A stretch of DNA of 64,000 nucleotides from Bacteroidota bacterium (lineage in GTDB: Bacteria > Bacteroidota > Bacteroidia > Bacteroidales > JAAUTT01), in assembly GCA_021779665.1 (NCBI GenBank), contig JAJYAG010000002.1, positions 38,974 through 102,973 of the forward strand, given 5' to 3'. The notes beneath the pieces were generated by a model. It was not told the DNA's origin and ran no database searches. It saw nothing but the letters and a program-made list of their open reading frames with translations. The translations under genes were made by a program, and so were the position numbers. This document shows positions 43,975 through 54,045 of this stretch, one piece after another. The first letter of the stretch is position 1; each line of letters begins with the position of its first letter.

Positions 43975-46275
43975 ATGAGAATAGTAAATGTTTTTTTGGC
44001 CATAAGCTTTATGCTATTTCTTAACTTTTCGAGGGGCAATTGCCAGAATGCGGCACCCCAGTTAGGAAAAAGTTCGATGAAAGAAGTGATTGCAGCCATG
44101 ACGCTGGAAGAAAAATCCAAATTGGTTGCAGGCACCGGAATGAGGTTTGGAGGTGGTCCAACCGTTGGAGAAGTTGATAATAAGGTTCCCGGTTCAGCAG
44201 GAGCAACTTATCCGATTCCCCGACTGGGAATTCCGGCCATTGTTGTGGCTGATGGTCCTGCAGGAATAAGGATTTCGCCCTTCCGCGGGAAAGATTCAAC
44301 TCAGACTTATTACTGTACAGCTTTTCCGGTGGCTACGTTGCTGGCATCGACATGGGACACCGAGCTCGTTAAGAAAGTAGGCGAAGCTATGGGGAACGAA
44401 GTGCTGGAGTATGGTGTGGATGTAATTTTGGGACCCGGATTAAACATTCATCGCAATCCTTTGGGAGGCCGCAATTTCGAATACTTTTCGGAAGATCCTT
44501 ATCTTACCGGTAAACTTACAGCTGCCATAGTGAAAGGTATACAATCCAAAGGAGTAGGTACATCGGTAAAACATTTTGCAGCCAACAACCAGGAAACAAA
44601 CCGAAATACCATTAACACAATCGCAAGTGAAAGAGCGCTCCGCGAAATTTACCTCGAAGGTTTTCGTGTTGGCATACAGGAAGGTGAGCCTTGGACGGTA
44701 ATGTCTTCCTACAACAAGATAAATGGTCCCTATACTTCCGAAAATAAGGAATTGCTTACAAACATCCTCCGGGATGAATGGAAATATAACGGATTTGTAA
44801 TGACTGACTGGTTTGGTGGTAAAGATCCCATTGCTCAAATGATTGCCGGCAACGATCTTTTGATGCCCGGAACACCCAATCAATCCAAAGCAATCCTGGA
44901 AGCTGTTCAGAATGGCAAACTGGATGTGGCAATTCTCGATCGCAACATAGAGAAGATTTTAAACATCATCTTAAAATCTCCTTCCTTTAAAAATTACAAA
45001 TACTCGAATAAACCCAATTTAAAGGCCAATGCCGAAACAGCCCGAATGGTTGCTGCAGAAGGAATGATTTTACTTAAAAATGACGGAAAAGCTCTTCCCA
45101 TTGCGGTAAATGCGAAAAATATCGCAGCTTTTGGAAATACTTCCTATGATATTGTAACAGGCGGAACCGGTAGCGGCGATGTAAACGAAGCCTATAGCAT
45201 ATCCATGGTAACAGGTTTAACTAATGCAGGTTATAAAGTAGATGGAGAAATTGAAAAGCTGTATAATGACTTTATTAAAGCTGAAGTCGCAAAACGCCCG
45301 CGTCAGAGAGGTTTTATGCTGCCTCCGCCATTACCGCAAATGGTTGTTTCAGGCGAACTGATCGCAAAAAAAGCAAAGGAAACGGATCTTGCTCTAATAA
45401 CCATTGGCAGAAATTCAGGCGAATTTGCCGACAGAAAACTTGAAAATGATTTCTACCTCAATGACACCGAAAAGGATTTAATTAAAAACGTTTCCACTGC
45501 ATTCCGCGCTTTAGGTAAAAAAGTAGTTATAGTATTGAATATCGGAGGAGTAATTGAAGTTAATTCATAGAAAGATTATGCTGACGCTATTTTGCTGGCA
45601 TGGCAGCCAGGTCAGGAAGCCGGAAACGCAATAGCCGATGTTTTGAGCGGTAAGGTAAATCCTTCAGGTAAACTTGCTACCACTTTCCCTACGGATTACA
45701 AAGATGTAGCCTCGTCAAAAAATTTTCCCGGAATACCGGCTGAAAAACCTACTGATGTAACTTACGAAGAAGGTATTTATGTTGGGTATCGCTATTTCGA
45801 CAGTTTTGGAGTTAAGCCTGCTTATGAATTTGGATACGGACTTTATTATACAACATTTTCAATCACAAATATTAAGCTAAGTTCATCTAAATTTAAAGAT
45901 AAAATAAACGTTACTGTTGATGTTACAAATACTGGTGCAAAAGCAGGTAAAGAAGTCGTTCAGGTATATTTGTCAGCTCCTTCATCATCCCTGGATAAAC
46001 CTGCAAAAGAACTAAAAGCTTTTGGCAAAACAGGATTACTGGAGCCGGGTAAAAAGCAAACACTTTCGTTCACCCTGAATGCAAAATCGCTAGCATCTTT
46101 CAACACTGCGAAAACAGCATGGATTGCTGATGCGGGTGATTATAAAGTCAGTGTCGGATCTTCATCGAACAGCATACAACAAACGGCAAACTTTAATCTG
46201 GCTAAGGAAATTGTAGTTTCAAAAGAAAATAAAATACTAGTGCCGCAAACAGTTATCTCAGAATTAAAAAAATGA
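43975..46275 (+). pseudogene. Glycoside hydrolase family 3 gene interrupted by an in-frame TAG at 45568-45570
   Basis: The two ORFs (43975-45570 and 45592-46275) are in the same frame. The GH3 sequence is continuous across the stop (...[37 protein letters not shown]). GH3 motifs are present: [19 protein letters not shown] and YEFGYGLYYTTF. Confidence 0.7.
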
Positions 46276-46315
46276 CGTATATTTCCCCATTATTAACTAT
46301 CTAAATTTTAAAAAG

Positions 46316-47050
46316 ATGAAATATTTGAATTTAAGCCTTCTGGCAATCGGACTTTTTGTTTCGGCCACCATCTCCAAAGCTCAGACCCTGGATGAAGTTA
46401 TTGCAAAATATGTCTCAGCAATGGGCGGCAAAGAAAACATGGCAAAAATTACATCTGTCTACATGGAAAACACACTCCAGGTAATGGGACAGGAAGCTTC
46501 AAGTACATCTGTTGTACTTAATGGAAAAGGTTCAAAAACTGTTTCCGATGTTATGGGACAAAAAATGGTACAATGTTACACCGATAAATCAGGTTGGATG
46601 ATCAATCCAATGATGGGAAGCAGTGAACCAGGCGACATGCCCGCTGAACAATACAATGCAGGTAAAAGTTCCATCTATACGGTTGATCCCTTATCTGGAT
46701 GGTCCGAAAGAGGTTACAAAGTAGAACTTGTAGGAAAAGAAAAAGTAGGTGCTGTGGAAGCTTTTAAGATTAAGCTGGTAAGCCCTGAAAATGTTACTGC
46801 GTTTTATTACATCGATCCTGCAACCTATTATCCGGTTCAAATGACCATGACTGTGGATGCAGGAGGCCAGTCGATGAATATGACAACTAATTTCAGCGAT
46901 TATCGCAAAACAGATGCTGGTATTGTGATTCCATTTTCGACAGATGTGGATTATGGTGGCCAGTTCAATATTACGCTCAAAACCAAAAAGATTGAGTATA
47001 ACAAAAATATCGATCCTGCCATTTTCGAAAAAGGCAACATGAGCCTATAA
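46316..47050 (+). CDS. Secreted hypothetical protein (LolA / outer-membrane lipoprotein-sorting-like fold suspected)
   Basis: 244 aa with a signal peptide (LLAIGLFVSATISKAQ). The family assignment is a weak recollection. Confidence 0.4.
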   Translation: MKYLNLSLLAIGLFVSATISKAQTLDEVIAKYVSAMGGKENMAKITSVYMENTLQVMGQEASSTSVVLNGKGSKTVSDVMGQKMVQCYTDKSGWMINPMMGSSEPGDMPAEQYNAGKSSIYTVDPLSGWSERGYKVELVGKEKVGAVEAFKIKLVSPENVTAFYYIDPATYYPVQMTMTVDAGGQSMNMTTNFSDYRKTDAGIVIPFSTDVDYGGQFNITLKTKKIEYNKNIDPAIFEKGNMSL

Positions 47051-47064
47051 TAATTAATTTCATA

Positions 47065-47104
47065 AAGCCTGGAATGAGTGATCGTTCCAGGCTTTTATTT
47101 TTAT
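47065..47104 (+). terminator. Rho-independent terminator
   Basis: A 10-bp stem, AAGCCTGGAA / TTCCAGGCTT, with a 10-nt loop, followed by TTATTTTTAT. Confidence 0.7.
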
Positions 47105-47124
47105 AATAGTTAATAATAAATCCG

Positions 47125-49396
47125 ATGAAACGTTTAATTATCTTCATAATATCAATAGGCCTATTTGGAAACACCTTTTCACAGGTTAACCCACCGACTC
47201 AGAAAATGGATGCTTTTATAAGCACTCTGATGAGTAAAATGACGCTTGAAGAAAAAATTGGTCAACTGAATTTATCTTCTGGCGGTGGTGGAATTGCCGG
47301 AGGACCGTCAGCTATGGATTCTATGCTCGCAAAAGGTATGGTTGGTGCTACCGGAGGATTTACCCTGCAGGCAATCCGGCACTCACAGGAGGCAGCGCTA
47401 AAATCCCGATTAAAAATTCCGCTTCTTTTCGGCCTGGATGTTATCCATGGTTACAAAACTGTTTTCCCCATTCCTTTAGGATTATCGTGTACCTGGAACC
47501 CGGAGCTGATCAAAAACAGCGCGCGCATAGCTGCTGCCGAAGCCAGTGCAAACGGCATTTGCTGGACCTACTCACCCATGGTAGATATTGCCCGTGATCC
47601 ACGCTGGGGGAGAATTGCAGAAGGTTCAGGTGAAGATCCCTTCCTGGCTTCAAAAATTGCTGCAGCCATGGTGAAAGGGTACCAGGGAGATGATTTATCC
47701 AAAAACAACACCATCCTGGCGTGTGTAAAGCATTTTGGTTTGTACGGAGGAGCAGAGGCCGGAAGGGATTACAATACCGTTGACATGAGCCGCATTACCA
47801 TGTTTCAGTTTTATCTGCCTCCCTATAAAGCCGCTTTCGACGCCGGAGCAGGGAAGTGCCATGTCGTCGTTCAATGTAATCGATTATGTTCCGGCGACAG
47901 AAAATAAATGGTTACTCACTGATCTTTTAAGAAACCAATGGGGATTCAAGGGTTTTGTGGTGTCCGATTATAATTCAATCGGCGAAATGAGTCAGCACGG
48001 ACTCGGCGATATTCCATCGGTTTCGGCAAGGGCTTTGAAAGCCGGTCTGGATATGGATATGGCAACAAACGGATATATTAGTCATTTGAAGAAGTTGCTG
48101 CAGGAAGGAAAAGTAACTCAAAAGGATATTGACCTGGCTTGCAAAAGAGTACTGGAAGCAAAATACAAGCTCGGATTATTTGACGACCCATATCATTATA
48201 TGAATGAGTCTCGTATCAAAACAGATGTTCTTACACCTGAAAATTTGGACGCAGCCCGTGAGATCACAAGAAAGTCAATAGTTCTTTTGAAGAATGATAA
48301 CCAGCTTTTACCTTTGAAGAAATCAGGAACAATTGCTGTTGTTGGTCCATTGGCGGACAGTAAGGTAGATATGCTGGGTACCTGGGCGTTTATGGGCGAC
48401 ATGACTAAAGTTGTTACTGCAGTGGAAGGTATCCGAAACGCAATCGGGACTAACGGACGTGTTATTTTTGCCAAAGGTTCTCCTTTTACTGATGATCCTT
48501 ATCTGCTTAAAAATTCCGCAGGCTTTGGTTTCGGACCAAGAGCCCAGGCCGACACTTCATCAAAGGAAACTCTTCTTAAATTGGCTATTGACAGTGCCTC
48601 CAAAGCAGATGTGATTGTGGCTGTGTTAGGAGAGCAGGCGACATGGTCGGGCGAAGCTGCCAGTCGGGCTGATATTAGCTTACCGGACATCCAGAAAAAC
48701 CTGTTAAAATCATTACTCGCCACCGGCAAACCAGTCGTTTTGGTATTAATGAGCGGCCGTCCCCTTACAATTCCATGGGAAAACGCAAATGTACCAGTCA
48801 TTATCGCAGCATGGCACGGAGGAACCCAGGCGGGAAATGCTGTTGCCGATGTGCTGTTTGGCGATTACAATCCTTCCGGGAAGCTGACCTCAACTTTTCC
48901 TCAAAGTGTTGGCCAGATACCATTGTATTACAATCATCTGAATACAGGAAGACCAATGAACCCAAAGGATAAATTCACTTCGAAATACCTGGATATTACC
49001 AACGATCCGGTATATCCTTTTGGCTTTGGATTAAGCTACTCAAAATTTGATTATAGCGACATTACAGTCAATAAAACACAACTAAAAGGTTCCGATATTC
49101 TCACAGCATCGGTTACAATAACAAACTCCGGAAAGTTTGCAGGGGAGGAAACCGTTCAATTATATATCAACGATCCGGTTGCAAGTATTTCAAGGCCTTT
49201 AAAGGAATTGAAGGGTTTTAAAAAGGTGTTTTTGCAACCCGGCGAAAAGAAGGAAGTCAATTTTAACATAACTCCAGAGGATTTGAAATTCTATAATTCG
49301 GACTTAAAATATGATTGGGAGCCAGGAGATTTTAACATTTTCATCGGAACAAATTCAGTTGATTTAAAACAGATTAAAATTAATTGGTCAAAGTAA
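47125..49396 (+). pseudogene. BglX-like glycoside hydrolase family 3 gene with a +1 frameshift near 47854
   Basis: The first reading frame reads ...YKAAFDAGAGK-CHVVVQ* and the +1 frame reads ...GSAMSSFNVIDYVPATENKWLLTDLLRNQWGFKGFVVSDY. Removing one A from GGGAAGT restores DAGAGSAMSSFN. Other motifs: KHFGLYGG and FGFGLSYSKF. Confidence 0.7.
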
Positions 49397-49416
49397 TACA
49401 AGAGGTAATAAAAAGT

Positions 49417-49445
49417 AAGTCCCGCTGTTATGCGGGACTTTTTTC
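49417..49445. terminator. Bidirectional hairpin terminator between convergent genes
   Basis: AAGTCCCGC-TGTTAT-GCGGGACTT, flanked by AAAA on the 5' side and TTTT on the 3' side. Confidence 0.75.
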
Positions 49446-49502
49446 TTCCTCCTAAACAATTAGGTATTTAACTAAGTTTTTAGTTATAAAGATTAAAAAA
49501 AA

Positions 49503-50763
49503 TTAATTTTTATCCTTCAATGAGAACACTACAGGTAATGTAAATAATTGTTTTACAACAACTCCTTTATCCTGAGCAGGCGTCCATGCCGGAGAGCTTT
49601 TTACAACACGCACAGCTTCTTCATTCAATAGTGGAGATGCCCCTCTAAGAACAGTTGCATCCCTAACCTGACCATCAACATCTACAACAAATTGTATATA
49701 AACCTTACCCTCCAATTTATTTTTCACTGCAACTTCAGGATATTTAATATTTTTTGCAACATATTCGCTAAATGCAAATAAATCTTTACCATTAAAGGTG
49801 GCAGTTTTTTCTAGCACCAACATGGCTACATCCCGATTTTTTTTAATTGTATCTTTCGGCTGAGCTGAAACAGGAACAATAGAATTCTGTTGCAAATTTG
49901 AAACGAAAGAAGAAGACTCTAACCGCCGTTCTACCTTAAAAGCAAAAGCAGTAATTACCATTAAACTCATAATTGTTTGCCAGCAAAAACCTTGTTTTCC
50001 CGGCACGTGGAATAGTTGTCATCATTTTAATTCGGTTTTTAATGAATGAATTATAATTAAAGGAAGAAAATCGAACACCACTTGTCTGAAACATTTGATT
50101 GAGGAGTAATTGCTGATATTGATCCGGCGAAATACCACTTTCCAGTAAAAGCTTGTCAGCTTCGAATTCGTGGTTTTCTTTCAATTCCTTACGCCAGAAC
50201 CACACAACAGGATTAAACCATTGCATCAGTAAAACTATATCAACTAACATAATGTCAATACTATGACGTAATATTGCATGAACCTGCTCATGGGCCAGAA
50301 TAACATCCGCATCTTCCTGTGCTACATTTTTCCCAAGAAAAATATATTTAAAAAAGCTGAAAGCTACATTCCCTTCTGTGAAAACAAGTTTGTAGCCATT
50401 CATTTTGTAAATAGTTGAATTATTAATAAGTTTATAAATAATTATCAGCTGTTTAATAAATCCAAATAAAACAAGCAACGTCACGAAAGAGAGAAACGGA
50501 ATAATCAAACTCTGGTAATCAAAACTTGTCTCCCGGGAAACATTTCCAACTGTAACTTCAGGCAGAAGTTGATAGTACTGATATAAACGGGGTGAGTTAA
50601 ACCTGATTTCAATAAAAGGAAGGATGAACGAAATTACCAGGCCAGCCAGAAGAAAAAGCCTGCGGTAAGGAAACAACGAACTTTTCTTTAAAAACAGGAT
50701 ATAAATGAGGTAAAGACCTGTGAGTATGCCTGCAACCTTTATCTGGTAAATAAGGTAGTTCAT
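49503..50763 (-). pseudogene. BlaR1/M56-family membrane metallopeptidase fused to a TonB C-terminal domain, apparently split by a frameshift
   Basis: The upstream fragment (49936-50763) has the HEXXH motif ILAHEQVHAILRH. The downstream fragment (49503-50006) has a TonB_C-like YIQFVVDVDGQVRDATVLRGASPLLNEEAVRVV. The fragments overlap by 71 nt in different frames. Joining RFLLA with IMSLMVITAFAF would make one TM helix. Confidence 0.5.
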
Positions 50764-51155
50764 GACTTCTGATTTTTACGGTTTTCCAATTGTTGTTTCA
50801 TTAAATTCATGGTAGCTTCCAGCTCTTTGATGTCGATGTCTTCACTGGAGGAGAAAAAAGATACCATCTTGTGAAAAGAATTATTAAAGTAACCCTTCAT
50901 AAACCCTTTCATAAAACGCTTTGAATAATCATCTTTGGTAATGAGTGGAAAATATTCATGCGTTTTCCCATAGGCTTTGTGATCAACAAATCCCTTCGAC
51001 TCAAGAATCCTGATAATTGTTGAAACGGTGTTATAGGCAGGCTTTGGCTCGGGCATTTTTTCGATGATGTCTTTCACAACACCTCTTTCAAGATCCCAGA
51101 GTATCTGCATAATTTCTTCTTCAGCGCGGGTAAGATAGAGTTCCTTTTTGGCCAT
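50760..51155 (-). CDS. blaI: BlaI/MecI/CopY-family transcriptional repressor
   Basis: 131 aa. The winged-helix N-terminus LTRAEEEIMQILWD...AYNTVSTIIRILESKGFV is present. Its stop overlaps the start of the M56 gene by 4 nt. Confidence 0.85.
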   Translation of the reverse strand: MAKKELYLTRAEEEIMQILWDLERGVVKDIIEKMPEPKPAYNTVSTIIRILESKGFVDHKAYGKTHEYFPLITKDDYSKRFMKGFMKGYFNNSFHKMVSFFSSSEDIDIKELEATMNLMKQQLENRKNQKS

Positions 51156-51221
51156 TTACCTAATGAATTAGTTTTTGAACTAAATATTTAGTTAACAAAT
51201 ATAGTGCCAATCAATTTTAAA

Positions 51222-51256
51222 AATAAAAAAAAGGTCAAACTTCTTCAGCCTGACCT
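51222..51256 (-). terminator. Weak hairpin plus T-tract downstream of carA
   Basis: The minus strand reads AGGTCA-(13 nt)-TGACCT followed by TTTTTTTTTATT. The stem is only 6 bp. Confidence 0.35.
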
Positions 51257-51300
51257 CTTTCTAATTCCGTAACCCGGATCTCGTAACCCGAACCTCTTCC

Positions 51301-52389
51301 CTACTTCTCCCCTTTATACTTCTTTACTTCACTTATGAAATCGCCAAAGAGGAAATCCGTGTCAGTTGGCCCGCCCGATGCCTCAGGATGGAACTGGGAA
51401 GAAAAGAATGGTTTTGTTTTGTGACGCATTCCTTCGTTTGTATTATCGTTCAGATTAATAAAATAGGGCTCCCAATCTTTTCCAAGAGTATTGTTATCAA
51501 TCGCAAAACCGTGATTCTGAGAGGTGATATAAGCTTTTTGAGTTCCAACTTTTAACACCGGCTGATTGTGGCTCCTGTGACCATATTTAAGCTTATAGGT
51601 ATTTGCACCAGATGCTAAAGCCATTAATTGGTTACCAAGACAGATTCCCATGATAGGCACATCTTTTTCAAAAGCTTTGGCAAGGTTACTTATAGTTGTT
51701 TCACATTTCTTCGGATCGCCGGGACCATTTGAAATAAACAATCCATCGTAATCTTCTTTTGAAATATCATAATCGTGCGGAACACGGATCACCGTGGCAT
51801 CTTTTTCCAAAAGATAACGGATAATGTTATACTTCACTCCGCAATCAATCAGCACAATTTTATATTTACCGTTTCCGTAAACCTGCCGCTGAGGAATGCT
51901 CACTTTGGCAACCAGGTGGTCCAGATCAGGATTATACCATTCCACATCCTGGTTGTTGAAAATCACTTTACCAAGCATGGTTCCCTTTTCCCTTAACTTC
52001 TTAGTTAACTGGCGGGTATCAACGCCGTATATACCAGGAACTTTATTATCCTTTAACCATTTCGATAAACTCTTGTGAGCATTCCAGTGGCTGTATTCGA
52101 AAGAATAATCGGAAATAACAAGTGCGGATATATGTAAGCTGTTTGACTCAAAAAAGCTTAAAAGGTCATTTTCGATCGCTTCACCAGGCACACCATAGTT
52201 ACCCACCAGCGGATAGGTTAAAACCAAAATCTGACCCTTATATGAGGGATCCGTGAGGCTTTCAGGATAACCCGTCATAGCCGTATTAAAAACCACTTCA
52301 CCATTTACTGATCCTTCGTAACCAAAACTGTGGCCCGAAATCTCAGTTCCATCTTCCAAAACTAATTTAATTGTTTGATTATTCTTCAT
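51301..52389 (-). CDS. carA: Carbamoyl-phosphate synthase small (glutamine amidotransferase) subunit
   Basis: 362 aa. LVLEDGTEISGHSFG...GEVVFNTAMTGYPESLTDPSYKGQILVLTYPLVGNYG parallels E. coli CarA. The GATase triad region is present (GICLGNQL, ...HGF..., FSSQFHPE). Confidence 0.9.
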   Translation of the reverse strand: MKNNQTIKLVLEDGTEISGHSFGYEGSVNGEVVFNTAMTGYPESLTDPSYKGQILVLTYPLVGNYGVPGEAIENDLLSFFESNSLHISALVISDYSFEYSHWNAHKSLSKWLKDNKVPGIYGVDTRQLTKKLREKGTMLGKVIFNNQDVEWYNPDLDHLVAKVSIPQRQVYGNGKYKIVLIDCGVKYNIIRYLLEKDATVIRVPHDYDISKEDYDGLFISNGPGDPKKCETTISNLAKAFEKDVPIMGICLGNQLMALASGANTYKLKYGHRSHNQPVLKVGTQKAYITSQNHGFAIDNNTLGKDWEPYFINLNDNTNEGMRHKTKPFFSSQFHPEASGGPTDTDFLFGDFISEVKKYKGEK

Positions 52390-52399
52390 TTGCTCTTAT

Positions 52400-53911
52400 T
52401 TACTTCTTTTCACGCTTTAGTTCAAACTCAATAATTTCCTGTATCTGTTCAGGACTAATCTTCTTTGCTATAATTCGTTTATTTGCATCCAGCACCAGAA
52501 TTACCGGTGTGGTATATACATCATAAATATCCTTAAACTCCAGGCTATAGGGACTCCATGCATTAATCCAGTCGTAAAGCTGATGCTCATTCACAAAATC
52601 AATCCATTTTCTTTTTCCTTCCACACTCGACATTGTATGGATAGCCAGCACCTGAACTCCCTTGTCTTTTAAACCCTCGTAAATTTTATGCAGCTCAGGA
52701 ATAGCTTTTTTACAGTGACCGCAATCGGCTTCCCAGAAAGCAATTACCGTAAACGGAGCTTTAACATCGTGGATGTTCATATTGGTACCCACATATGGAT
52801 TACTTTTTAATGCCGTATCCGTTTTAGCTGCCATAAAGTGTTCAGCAGGCAAACTAACAAGCTTCATATTTGGAGCTGTTTTTCCAATAAGTGTAGGTTT
52901 CCTTTTAGCAACTTCTTTTTTCAGCTTTTCAATATAATCCTTGTCGTTCCAAGTCGCATAGGGGATGTAATACTTTTCGCTGATGAAAACAAACACGGCA
53001 TCAAAGCCCATGATCTGGCTCTGGGCGAAATGGTTAAAGAATGTTACAAGCAGGTATCTGAAAACTTCATCGTTCGGCTTTGCTTTGGTAAGAATGATAT
53101 CCAGCTCTTTATTAATGCTGTCGGGTATCTGGGGAATTACCTTTTCGATAAAATCCTTCACCTTGCGCTCATACACAGGGGTGCGCAAAAGACTTGGGTC
53201 AGTATAATCAAAATTATCGAAATAATGATTTTTGTAATACCTGTACTGAAAGGTTGAATCGGTTACTTTGCCTGAAGCATCACGCGGAGGTTCGGGCACC
53301 TCAACATCTTTCAGGGCCAGAAGGAATTTCGAGAAGAACAGGCCCTTGTTATCATTAATAACCTTATCTATGTAAGTCAATACTTCCTTATTGATTTTAT
53401 CGAGTGCTTTTGTAGCCGAATCCTTTTGCGCGTCGGTAGTGGCATTTTTCTTTCTTTCAACCAATGCGTTGGCCTTTTCCTGATTAACGGCAAGAGTCCG
53501 CATATAATTAAAATAGAGCTCATTTTCGAGCGAGCCGCTGATTTTTGCAGACTTCACAAAATCGACCGTGTCAACCTCAACCGAGAATGTCTGGTCCTGC
53601 CCCATTAAAATATCAAAGTATTTTTTGGTGGGAAGGTAAACGAAATACATCCCCTGTGAGAGAGCTTTGGACTTTTTAAATGTTCCCAAACCTTTTGCAT
53701 CCAGTTTAACAGTATCATCGGGGTAGAACATTCCACCAAAATGATGACCCAGGATAATCTGAGATCCTTTTAAATCTGCAATTTTTAGTTTGATGTCATA
53801 ACCCTGGGAAAACACAAAAGAGAATTGGGAAATCAACAGCGCAAATACCAAAATGTATTTTCCTGAAAGGAAACGATTTCCGAAAGCATTAATTTTACTG
53901 ATCTTTTCCAT
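52400..53911 (-). CDS. Thioredoxin-fold (TlpA/AhpC-like) thiol:disulfide oxidoreductase with large N-terminal domain
   Basis: CxxC motif WEADCGHCKK in the C-terminal Trx domain, plus an N-terminal signal/anchor. The start is taken at the second ATG (MEKISKIN...); ATG 53932 is also possible. Confidence 0.7.
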   Translation of the reverse strand: MEKISKINAFGNRFLSGKYILVFALLISQFSFVFSQGYDIKLKIADLKGSQIILGHHFGGMFYPDDTVKLDAKGLGTFKKSKALSQGMYFVYLPTKKYFDILMGQDQTFSVEVDTVDFVKSAKISGSLENELYFNYMRTLAVNQEKANALVERKKNATTDAQKDSATKALDKINKEVLTYIDKVINDNKGLFFSKFLLALKDVEVPEPPRDASGKVTDSTFQYRYYKNHYFDNFDYTDPSLLRTPVYERKVKDFIEKVIPQIPDSINKELDIILTKAKPNDEVFRYLLVTFFNHFAQSQIMGFDAVFVFISEKYYIPYATWNDKDYIEKLKKEVAKRKPTLIGKTAPNMKLVSLPAEHFMAAKTDTALKSNPYVGTNMNIHDVKAPFTVIAFWEADCGHCKKAIPELHKIYEGLKDKGVQVLAIHTMSSVEGKRKWIDFVNEHQLYDWINAWSPYSLEFKDIYDVYTTPVILVLDANKRIIAKKISPEQIQEIIEFELKREKK

Positions 53912-54045
53912 AAAACTTACAAAAAAGTGCATTAGGGCAAAAATAGATAATTTGAATCAAAAATTAGCTTAAAATATGTTTTTCGACATTTATTTTAATA
54001 CATACCTAATTTACAAAACGATATACGAATTTGAAATTAAAAAGA

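Noticed and set aside
45568-45570. TAG as a recoded sense codon (readthrough, pyrrolysine-like or an alternative genetic code).
   Set aside because: TAG ends other well-supported genes here (for example FecR at 3434-3436). No recoding machinery or signals are evident, so a pseudogene or sequencing error is the simpler explanation.
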